Assembly (NCBI GenBank): GCA_017987975.1 | Contig: JAGNSQ010000001.1 | Location: forward strand, 39,090-103,089 | Direction: 5' to 3' | DNA: 64,000 nucleotides | DNA from: Saprospiraceae bacterium | GTDB lineage: Bacteria; Bacteroidota; Bacteroidia; Chitinophagales; Saprospiraceae | Shown here: piece after piece, positions 5,947-14,786 of the stretch | Numbering within the stretch: position 1 is the stretch's first letter | How the letters are laid out: each line of letters opens with the position of its first letter | Position numbers and translations under genes: made by a program | The notes under the pieces: model-generated | What the model was told of the DNA's origin: nothing | Database searches by the model: none | Seen by the model: only the letters and a program-made list of their open reading frames with translations

Positions 5947-8456
5947 TATCTCCCACAGAATATTAACCGCGTTGAAATTCCGGTATCCGTCATGATACTC
6001 ACAATCAACATAGAAGAAGAAGTAACCTCATAGAGTTTATTTTCTCCCTGGACCAAATTTTGCGCTGGCTGGATCAGACGGCCATCCACCCCATAAATAA
6101 CGGCAGTGCTATTGATAGGTAGCCCTTCGTTGGATAAGTAGAGGTTGCCGCCTGTAGAATACAGGTTAAATGATTTAACAATATTATCTGTGGCTGTTTG
6201 CTCACATTCTATGAATGGAATCTCAATAATTGAGCGACATGCTTCATTGGATGCATCAAAAACTTTGATTACATATACCACGTCTGCTCGAGGGTCATAG
6301 GCTGGAGAAACAACAGGTAATTGATTGGCAGCATATCTGCCCAGTCGAACATTGTTGACAAAAACATAAAACGAATCTGAAATGGGGTTGACAACGTCGA
6401 AATCTATTTCAAATTTAAACGAAGTCTCACTGCAATCTACTGGTTTTGCGCTTAGATTGTTGATGCCACAATTTTCACAATTGATAAAATATTCTTTCAC
6501 TAAAAAGCATGTGTTGTCATTGACATCAATAAATTTAAGAGTGATTTTACCGTCATTTCTTGGAGTTAAATTGAAAAGTACAGGAGTTGTGCTATAGTTG
6601 AAGCTCCCCAATAGAACACCATCTGCATAAGCATTGTACTTATTACCACTTTTTCCTTTAACCACCATTTGTAGTCCAATTATTTTTCCCTCAAAACAAA
6701 TGGCTTCCGGGCTACCTGGAGCTATTTCACATTCTTCTTCGCAGCACTTTTGGATTTCCTTTTCAATTACCAATCTGCAATTTTCATTGAAAGCATCTTT
6801 TAAAACAATTCTTACTCCATTGCAGGCCATCGCATTGGGACCCAGGGTGTACGAAGGCTGACCATAAAGCAGTGGGCCATAAACTTTGTCGTTAATGGAA
6901 ACATAAAACTGATCAGCATGAGGTCCGGTTGGTGTGAATTTTAAAAATACTTTAAAAGTGTTGTCACCAGTGCACTCGGAAAACTCCAATTGTGGTTCTG
7001 AAAACGCACACGGCTCGCTGTTGTTACATTCATAGGTAAATTCAGCTTGTCTGAAACAACCGTCAGTTTTGATTGCGATGACTTTAACTGCATAGGATTT
7101 ACCATTTACAAATGGATAAATGATTGCTAACGGCTCAGCTGTTTTTTTATACTTTCCAACCAAAACACCATTGACGTATACAGCAACACTATCGTCGGGT
7201 ACACCGCCACTGTCAAATTGAATTTTGATTCCGCCAGGAGTAGCATCGCAATTTTCAGTAATAGTGAGGGTGCCAATTTCGCAAGGTTGACAGCATAATT
7301 TTACATTATTTGCGAATACTGTTGAGCAAGTATTTGAAGCATTATCAACTATGATAAATTCATATTTTTTATTGCAGTCAGGTGTGATGGGACCCAGATA
7401 ATAAAATTCTTCACCATAGGCAAAAGTGCCATAGGAAGTGCCGTTGCCCCTTACAGAGAATCCATTGACTCCTGTATTGTTGGATTTAAATTTAAACTTA
7501 ATGTAAATTTTCCCTTCTTTGACACATGGCAAAATTTCGTAAGCTGCATCATAAATTTTACAAGACTGACATTCCTGAACCGGAGGTATAACAAGTTCTC
7601 CAAAACAAAATACATCACTTTCATCCGCTATTAAAAGATCTGTATTGGTATTAGAAAAGGACAAAGGGCCAATGACCACAGGTAAGTCTGAGTAGGCAAA
7701 GGTTCCGTATAAATTGGCTGAACCTCCAATTAAAAAACTATCATTGGAAGTGCCATGTTCAAAATTTATCCGGGCAAAATAAGTATCATTTATATCACTG
7801 CACTCTATAAGCTGTGCGGCAGCATTGGTAATAAAACAGGAACACTTGTTATTTAAAATAAGGGTGTCACAGCAACCCTGGTCGTCGTTATTACAAACTA
7901 CCAATGTATCCTGATCCTGTCCATGATTAGGGATTATCAGGTTTTCTACAGGGGTATCAATGTACTTGTGAAACGAATGATGAACACCATTGAGAAATAC
8001 GTCAAAGCCTAAAGGGCCATTGGCAGGAGGAATCACGTCGAAATTAATTTTATAAGCTTCTCCTTCCAGGCATTCTTTTTGTTTTAAGTTAATGATGGAT
8101 ATACCGCAATTCTGCGTACAACATACTTTTCCTAATTCAAAAACAGCAGAGCAGGCTGGCAGCTCCAGATCTCGAATTACAAATTCGTACGGTGTAGTGC
8201 AGTTGCCTGGTAGCCCATCTATGGTTATTGGAAGATCTGTATAAGAAAAGGTGCCTTGGTTAATGCCATTGCCTTGCACCTTAAATTTTGGACTAGGAGG
8301 ATTGACCGGATTGAAATTGATGACAACCGCAAATTTTTGTTGCGCATTGCATGGCAATTTCTCAATAACCAGGTTTTCAATTTTACAATCGGATTGGGCA
8401 AATGATGGCAGCGAGAACAAAACCATCCACATTATCAAAGTTGATAGGCGTTTCAT
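5946..8456 (-). CDS. secreted Cys-rich repeat protein with T9SS C-terminal sorting domain
   Basis: I moved the start to ATG 8456 (MKRLSTLIMWMVLFSLPSFAQ signal peptide). The protein has eight divergent Cys-framed modules of about 90 aa. The C-terminus (NLYSTGGNLYLSN..AVIYGVDGRLI..MLIVSIMTDTGISTRLI) looks like a Por secretion tail. Confidence 0.8.
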   Translation of the reverse strand: MKRLSTLIMWMVLFSLPSFAQSDCKIENLVIEKLPCNAQQKFAVVINFNPVNPPSPKFKVQGNGINQGTFSYTDLPITIDGLPGNCTTPYEFVIRDLELPACSAVFELGKVCCTQNCGISIINLKQKECLEGEAYKINFDVIPPANGPLGFDVFLNGVHHSFHKYIDTPVENLIIPNHGQDQDTLVVCNNDDQGCCDTLILNNKCSCFITNAAAQLIECSDINDTYFARINFEHGTSNDSFLIGGSANLYGTFAYSDLPVVIGPLSFSNTNTDLLIADESDVFCFGELVIPPVQECQSCKIYDAAYEILPCVKEGKIYIKFKFKSNNTGVNGFSVRGNGTSYGTFAYGEEFYYLGPITPDCNKKYEFIIVDNASNTCSTVFANNVKLCCQPCEIGTLTITENCDATPGGIKIQFDSGGVPDDSVAVYVNGVLVGKYKKTAEPLAIIYPFVNGKSYAVKVIAIKTDGCFRQAEFTYECNNSEPCAFSEPQLEFSECTGDNTFKVFLKFTPTGPHADQFYVSINDKVYGPLLYGQPSYTLGPNAMACNGVRIVLKDAFNENCRLVIEKEIQKCCEEECEIAPGSPEAICFEGKIIGLQMVVKGKSGNKYNAYADGVLLGSFNYSTTPVLFNLTPRNDGKITLKFIDVNDNTCFLVKEYFINCENCGINNLSAKPVDCSETSFKFEIDFDVVNPISDSFYVFVNNVRLGRYAANQLPVVSPAYDPRADVVYVIKVFDASNEACRSIIEIPFIECEQTATDNIVKSFNLYSTGGNLYLSNEGLPINSTAVIYGVDGRLIQPAQNLVQGENKLYEVTSSSMLIVSIMTDTGISTRLIFCGR

Positions 8457-8707
8457 ATAAGTCAATTTCTCATTAAGATATCTCAAAACCAAAGATCGCT
8501 CCCAACCCATGTCAAAATATTTCACCAATGGTTAGAATTTTCTATTAAAATAGGTAATATTTAATTTATGCTAATGTGTAAAATAAAGATAAACAATGAA
8601 ATAGTTTATTGTTTTCAAATTAAATCACAAAAAAGGTGGATTTTGGTCAAAATGTTAAAATCCACCTACGTTATGCGTTTTGCTAGCACAATTTTGGGGA
8701 TTAAGAT

Positions 8708-8715
8708 TATATTTG
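8708..8715 (+). promoter_or_regulatory. Bacteroidota -7 promoter box (TATATTTG)
   Basis: Exact TAnnTTTG match, 36 nt upstream of ATG 8751. Confidence 0.5.
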
Positions 8716-8750
8716 TCTTTCTAATAGGTTTATAATCCAAAGCTTTACAC

Positions 8751-11066
8751 ATGAAACGTCTGTTAAAAACTACAATTTGGGTCATTGCACTCATTTTTTC
8801 ATATGAAATAAATGCCTCCATGGTGTGTCCTCCGGATAAGCACCTGAAGTGTGATGATGACATATCTGATTTGTATTTGACTGGTAAGCCTACATTGTTC
8901 GGCAGTCATTATTACCTAACACCCGTTTATGAGGATCAATTCTTTACCAATGCTTGCAATGTTGGTCACGTAGTACGGAAATGGTACTTAGATTTGAACC
9001 ACAATTATCAGGCTGATTCATCAGAACCTACCTGTTACCAAAATATATATTTATCGGAAAATAACTATGGGACAATCATAGTCAAATTTCCAAAAGACAT
9101 AATTGTAAATTGTTTGGAAGACATTCCTTACATGAAACCTGAAATTACCTCCAGACCGTGTGACCTGATCGGTGTAAGCTACAGGGACGAAGTTTATGAG
9201 TTATTGGGTAGCTCAGAAGAGGGGTGTAAAAAAATATTGAGGAAGTTTACAGTGATCAATTGGTGTGACTATACGCCCAATTCACCCTATGGAGGCAGTG
9301 TATGGTATGGCACTCAGGTGATCAAAGTGATTGATAAAGAAAAACCTGAGTTTACGGCTTGTAAAGATGTGACAATAGGATTTAATGAGGGCTGTAAGTC
9401 AAGAGTTACCTTATCCAATAATGCGATTGATCCGGGGAATTGTACTTCTGAAAAAATGTCATGGATAATTGAAGTGGATTTATGGGGTGATACCAAAATA
9501 GATTATGTTTATTCAAATATTGGAACTGGCATTTTTTTCCTACCACTTCAAAATACTGGGCAGGAGATCAAAATTACACTGCCAGAGCTTTTGGGTTATG
9601 GTAAGCATAAAGTCAATTGGAAAGTAAAAGATGCTTGTGGCAATTTGACGGGTTGTAGCACCAATTTTACCACCATGGATAATAAACCACCCACACCTTA
9701 TTGTGTCCAAAATGTTAGTGTTGCTATTGATGGTAAAGATGGAACTAAGCTGAGGGTGCCAGCATCTATGTTTAGTTTAGGCGCTTTAGATAATTGTACA
9801 GCAACTCAATTTATCAAATATTCATTTTCAGCAAACCCTGCTGATTCATTGCGGTTTTATGATTGTTCCAATGCCGGATATCAATACCTCACTGTTTATG
9901 CTATTGATCTTATGGGCAACAAAGATTTTTGTGCAGTGAATATGACAGTGTACGATAATGGTAGTTGCTCTAATACCCTTACAGCTGCAGGTAAAGTAAT
10001 GCAACCATCAGGTAAAAAAGTGATGGCAGGCAGCATGACCATGCAGGGCAATGCAGGTAATTTTAATGTATATGGACAAATTAGTGAGGGTGCCTATAAT
10101 TTTAAAGATGTTGCGATCTACAATGACATGAAATTTATTCCTTCTAAAACGGGATTAGATGACGCTCAGGTTGACATATCGGACTATGCTTATTTCAAAG
10201 CATACTTGGCAGGGGATGACACACTTTCCAATTATGGGCTCTTGGCGGCAGACATTAATGATGATAAAAAGGTAAATGCAAGAGATTTTCTGCTTTTAAA
10301 AGATAAGTTGTTAAAAGAAAAAAATAGTTTTGGTCGTGAAGACTGGCGATTTATCCCTTCTTATATGAAAGAAAAAGATTTAAGTCTACAGTCCTACTCC
10401 CCAGTTTATGACGCCAAAAAATTTAATGGTTTTCTTGATTTTACGGCATTTGCCAAAGGAGATCTTACCGAGACCAGAAACGAGACGGCTTTGCCCAGAA
10501 GCAGTATAACACCTGTATTTGTGGTTGGTCAATCATTGACAATTGACGGCAATACATATCTTCCGGTAAGTTTTAACAAAAGTGTAAACCTAGAGGCAGC
10601 TCTAATAAAATTAAATTTAAACGAAAACCAAATCCGCCAGGTCAACGAAAATTTTGATTGGGCAGGTGTTGGCAATTCACAATTCAATTTGTTATTAAAC
10701 GAGTCTTACAACTTCGCTGCTGCGGAGTTATTGTTCTTGATTGAAGCCAATTCCTTGTCCACTGTTAGTATCAATGGGGAATTGATGGATGCAAATACAA
10801 GACAAGTTTACACATTAGAGCAAAAGTTTGAAACAGTCAATAACCTTGCGCAAATTGCCCCCAATCCGGTCAGTGACAGGCTTTCAATCAAAGCCCCGGA
10901 AGGCTCTTATTTTGCCATTCGAAGTATTGAGGGAAAAGTCATGGTGCGTGGTGAAGTGAAGCAAAATGAATCTATAGATGTGACACAAATAGTGTCTGGG
11001 CTTTATTTTGTAGAACTGATGATTGGACATAAATCCGAGGTTCACAAATTGATAATTGCCCGATAA
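8751..11066 (+). CDS. secreted multidomain protein with dockerin-like Ca-binding motif and T9SS C-terminal sorting domain
   Basis: Signal peptide MKRLLKTTIWVIALIFSYEINAS. Repeated Cys-containing Ig/HYR-like segments (KPEFTACKDVTI.., KPPTPYCVQNVSV..DNCT). Dockerin-type motif DINDDKKVNARDFLLLKDKLL. CTD IAPNPVSDRLSIKAPEG..LYFVELMIGHKSEVHKLIIAR. Confidence 0.8.
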   Translation: MKRLLKTTIWVIALIFSYEINASMVCPPDKHLKCDDDISDLYLTGKPTLFGSHYYLTPVYEDQFFTNACNVGHVVRKWYLDLNHNYQADSSEPTCYQNIYLSENNYGTIIVKFPKDIIVNCLEDIPYMKPEITSRPCDLIGVSYRDEVYELLGSSEEGCKKILRKFTVINWCDYTPNSPYGGSVWYGTQVIKVIDKEKPEFTACKDVTIGFNEGCKSRVTLSNNAIDPGNCTSEKMSWIIEVDLWGDTKIDYVYSNIGTGIFFLPLQNTGQEIKITLPELLGYGKHKVNWKVKDACGNLTGCSTNFTTMDNKPPTPYCVQNVSVAIDGKDGTKLRVPASMFSLGALDNCTATQFIKYSFSANPADSLRFYDCSNAGYQYLTVYAIDLMGNKDFCAVNMTVYDNGSCSNTLTAAGKVMQPSGKKVMAGSMTMQGNAGNFNVYGQISEGAYNFKDVAIYNDMKFIPSKTGLDDAQVDISDYAYFKAYLAGDDTLSNYGLLAADINDDKKVNARDFLLLKDKLLKEKNSFGREDWRFIPSYMKEKDLSLQSYSPVYDAKKFNGFLDFTAFAKGDLTETRNETALPRSSITPVFVVGQSLTIDGNTYLPVSFNKSVNLEAALIKLNLNENQIRQVNENFDWAGVGNSQFNLLLNESYNFAAAELLFLIEANSLSTVSINGELMDANTRQVYTLEQKFETVNNLAQIAPNPVSDRLSIKAPEGSYFAIRSIEGKVMVRGEVKQNESIDVTQIVSGLYFVELMIGHKSEVHKLIIAR

Positions 11067-11149
11067 TAGTTTTTTGCTTTCACCGTAGAACACGCCGGTA
11101 TTTTATTTTGTTGTTTAGTTGGGTGTAGTGCCCACCAATAGTTTATTTC

Positions 11150-14100
11150 ATGCAAGATTTTTGCCATCTACATTGCCATACCCAGTATTCTTTATTGGAT
11201 GGAGCCTCTGATATTAATGCACTTATGGAAAAAGCTGTCAAGGATGGGCAACAAGCCATAGCCTTGACCGACCATGGAAATATGTTTGGGGCATTTAAAT
11301 TTGTCAAAGCAGCCAATAAAAAGGGAATAAAACCCATCATAGGGTGTGAGTTTTATATGGTTGAAAACAGATGGCAGAAAAGTTTTGAAAAATCGAAGGG
11401 ACAGAGGGATGAACGATTTCATCAATTGTTGCTGGCCAAAAATGAAGTAGGGTACAGGAACTTATCTAAATTATGTTCCTTAGGCTTTACCGAAGGCATG
11501 TATGGTAAGTTTCCCAGAATAGATAAAGAGCTACTATTAAAATACCACGAAGGCCTTATCGCTACATCTTGTTGTATAGGCGCGGAGATACCTCAGGCCA
11601 TAGCTTCAGGTAATAATGAAAAAGCAGAAAAGCTATTGAAATGGTGGCTTGATTTACTGGGCGAAGATTTTTACATTGAATTGCAACGTCACAGAGGAAT
11701 AGATCGGATTGATGGCTCACTTATGAGTCAGGAAGATGTCAATCAGGTGTTGTTACAATTGGCCAAAAAGTACAACGTAAAGACCATCGTAACCAACGAT
11801 GTACATTATGTTGAGGAAGAGGATGCCGCTCCTCACGATGTATTGCTATGTGTAAATACGGGATCTTTAATGTCTGAAGAGACTCGATTTAAATTTCCCA
11901 GTTCTGATTTTTATTTAAAAACCAAAGCAGAAATCAATCAGCTTTTTGGAGATGTTCCGCATGCCATTGAAAATACGATGGAAATTGCTTCTAAAGTAGA
12001 AAGCCTTAAACTATCCAGAGATGTTTTGCTTCCTGCGTTTCCTTTGCCAAAAGAATTTATAACCCAGGATGATTATTTGCGCCACCTTACTTTTGAGGGA
12101 GCCAAAAAAAAGTACGGTTCCATCACCAAAGAAATTGAAGATCGGTTAAATTTTGAGTTGGATACCATCATTAAAAGTGGCTATCCGGGATATTTTTTAA
12201 TTGTGCAGGATTTTACAACCTCGGCTCGTGATATGGGAGTTTCAGTAGGGCCTGGCAGGGGCTCCGCTGCTGGATCTGCTGTGGCCTATTGTTTGGGAAT
12301 AACCAATGTAGACCCTATCAAGTACGATCTGCTTTTTGAGCGTTTTTTGAATCCAGAAAGGATATCCATGCCGGATATTGACATCGATTTTGATGATGAA
12401 GGAAGAGATAAGGTCATCGACTATGTAATTGACAAATATGGCCGCAATCAGGTAGCTCAAATCATTACCTATGGAACGATGGCGGCAAGAACGTCACTCA
12501 GAGATACGGGCAGAGTGATGAATATTCCTTTGGATGTGGTGGATAGGGTGGCAAAATCTTTTCCAGCACATCTTTCCGCAACATTGGATGCCGTTTTAGC
12601 TGAAAAAGACGTGGCAGATAAGCTTAAAAACGATCTTAATAAAGACGATCTGGATCGAGCTTATAAATTCAGAGAACTGGCTTCAGAAGATTCAGATGTT
12701 GGCCATATGATCAGAACTGCCAAAAAAATTGAAGGTTCGGTTCGATCTACAGGGGTGCATGCATGCGGGGTTATCATCACACCAGAGGACATCAGCAATA
12801 TTATACCTATTGCCACTGCAAAGGATTCAGCGTTGGTGGTTTCTCAGTTTGATAACAGTGTTGCAGAAGAGGCAGGATTGTTGAAGATGGACTTCCTTGG
12901 GCTAAGAACCCTTACCATCATCAAAGACGCCTTGAAGCTGATTAAAGAAACCCATGATATTGAAATCGATATAGATAAGATAGACCTGGAAGATAAGCTC
13001 ACTTATCAGTTATTTCAACGAGGAGACACCATCGGTATCTTTCAGTACGAATCTCCCGGAATGCAAAAATATCTAAAAGACCTTAAGCCCAACAAGTTTG
13101 AGGATTTGATAGCGATGAATGCGCTGTACAGACCGGGGCCTATTCAGTACATACCTAACTTTATTGAAAGAAAACATGGTAGGGAAAAGATAACCTATGA
13201 TTTGCCCGACATGGAAGGTTATCTAAAGGAAACTTACGGGATTACCGTTTATCAGGAACAGGTGATGTTGCTTTCTCAAAAGTTGGCCAACTTTACCAAA
13301 GGGGAGGCCGATTTGCTTAGGAAAGCGATGGGTAAGAAGAATCGTAAACTCATTGACGAAACGTACCCTAAGTTTTTGGAAGGTTGTAAAAAAAATGGAC
13401 ATCCAGAACCCGTCATTGAAAAAATTTGGAAAGACTGGGAAGCATTTGCATCCTATGCATTCAACAAGAGTCATTCAACATGTTATGCTTTATTGGCTTT
13501 TCAGACGGCATATTTAAAAGCCCATTATGCTAAAGAATTTATGGCCTCTGTTTTAAATCATAACAAAGGAGAGATCAAATCGCTTAACTTTTTTATTACT
13601 GAAGCTAAGAGGATGGGCATTAAAGTCCTGGGGCCCGATGTCAATGAAAGCCAGCTCAATTTTTCTATTGCCAACAAAGAATACATAAGATTTGGATTAT
13701 CTGCTTTGAAAGGAGTAGGAGAGGGGCCTGTGGAAGAACTGATTGAAGAGAGAAAGAAAGGACACTATAAGGACATTTTTGATATGATGAGGAGAGTCAA
13801 CCTCAGATCGATCAATAAAAAATTACTTGACAGTCTGGCGATGGGAGGAGCGTTGGATTCATTTCAATTTTCAAGGTCTCAGTACTTTGCTCCTTCAGGT
13901 GGCTTTGATTCATTTATTGAACATTTGATCCGATATGGCAATAATTTCCAATCTCAAAAAGATGGAGCTCAGGCTTCATTGTTTGGGGAGATGCACCAGG
14001 CCATGATAGCGGAACCTCAGGTACCTGAATGTGAGGAGTGGCATCAGTTGCTAAAGCTGGAAAAAGAAAAAGACATCACCGGATTTTACCTGAGTGGACA

Positions 14101-14677
14101 CCCTTTGGACCAATACAGCCTGGAGTTTTCAGCTTTTATTAATGCCAGATTGGATGACTTAGAAAATTTATTAGATAAAGGACTCAAGCTGGGAGGTTTT
14201 ATCACAGAAGTGAATGTAATGCAAAGTAAAAGGGGAACAAATTATGCCAGATTTAGTCTGCAGGACTATTCTGGAAGTTATGAATTTACCCTATTTAATG
14301 AGCAATACGAAAGTTTTAAGCACCTACTGGTAAAGGGCAATGTCATATATATGGAGGGTATTTACGGCAAACAATTTAATAGCGACCGCATGTTTTTTAG
14401 GGTAAAAGACATGAAGTTGTTGGATACTATTGGAAAACTATTTACCAAATCCATTACAATTAGAATTCCTTTGGCAGATGTAGACCAACCCTTAGTAAAT
14501 GGACTTTCGCAGTTGGTAACAGAAAATAAAGGCGATCACCGACTTCGCATCATTGTAGCTGACGAAGAGGAAGGAGACAACGATTTGGAGTTGGTACCTA
14601 CTGCTTCTAAGGTAAATGCCTCTTATGATTTTGTTGACGGATTGAAGAAAATGAACATCGCTTATAAGTTGAATTAG
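11150..14677 (+). CDS. dnaE: DNA polymerase III alpha subunit
   Basis: 1175 aa. PHP domain start FCHLHCHTQYSLLDGA. GSAAGSAVAYCLGITNVDP, PDIDIDF, and C-terminal OB-fold region. Confidence 0.97.
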   Translation: MQDFCHLHCHTQYSLLDGASDINALMEKAVKDGQQAIALTDHGNMFGAFKFVKAANKKGIKPIIGCEFYMVENRWQKSFEKSKGQRDERFHQLLLAKNEVGYRNLSKLCSLGFTEGMYGKFPRIDKELLLKYHEGLIATSCCIGAEIPQAIASGNNEKAEKLLKWWLDLLGEDFYIELQRHRGIDRIDGSLMSQEDVNQVLLQLAKKYNVKTIVTNDVHYVEEEDAAPHDVLLCVNTGSLMSEETRFKFPSSDFYLKTKAEINQLFGDVPHAIENTMEIASKVESLKLSRDVLLPAFPLPKEFITQDDYLRHLTFEGAKKKYGSITKEIEDRLNFELDTIIKSGYPGYFLIVQDFTTSARDMGVSVGPGRGSAAGSAVAYCLGITNVDPIKYDLLFERFLNPERISMPDIDIDFDDEGRDKVIDYVIDKYGRNQVAQIITYGTMAARTSLRDTGRVMNIPLDVVDRVAKSFPAHLSATLDAVLAEKDVADKLKNDLNKDDLDRAYKFRELASEDSDVGHMIRTAKKIEGSVRSTGVHACGVIITPEDISNIIPIATAKDSALVVSQFDNSVAEEAGLLKMDFLGLRTLTIIKDALKLIKETHDIEIDIDKIDLEDKLTYQLFQRGDTIGIFQYESPGMQKYLKDLKPNKFEDLIAMNALYRPGPIQYIPNFIERKHGREKITYDLPDMEGYLKETYGITVYQEQVMLLSQKLANFTKGEADLLRKAMGKKNRKLIDETYPKFLEGCKKNGHPEPVIEKIWKDWEAFASYAFNKSHSTCYALLAFQTAYLKAHYAKEFMASVLNHNKGEIKSLNFFITEAKRMGIKVLGPDVNESQLNFSIANKEYIRFGLSALKGVGEGPVEELIEERKKGHYKDIFDMMRRVNLRSINKKLLDSLAMGGALDSFQFSRSQYFAPSGGFDSFIEHLIRYGNNFQSQKDGAQASLFGEMHQAMIAEPQVPECEEWHQLLKLEKEKDITGFYLSGHPLDQYSLEFSAFINARLDDLENLLDKGLKLGGFITEVNVMQSKRGTNYARFSLQDYSGSYEFTLFNEQYESFKHLLVKGNVIYMEGIYGKQFNSDRMFFRVKDMKLLDTIGKLFTKSITIRIPLADVDQPLVNGLSQLVTENKGDHRLRIIVADEEEGDNDLELVPTASKVNASYDFVDGLKKMNIAYKLN

Positions 14678-14786
14678 CAGCTTGTATTGCTATAATGTTG
14701 GTTTATTAATTGTCGCCTGCAATCCATTTTCTTATTTAAGAGTTGCTTTATTTTAAAAGAACAAAAATTTGAGTAATTTTTGTTCT

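Noticed and set aside
8635-8666. 10-bp hairpin (GGTGGATTTT/AAAATCCACC) in the divergent T9SS-cargo spacer, next to the end of antisense ORF 8666-8863
   Set aside because: By my rough estimate a 10-bp AT-rich inverted repeat is expected by chance a few times in 64 kb. The 65-aa ORF is antisense to the signal-peptide region of a solid gene.
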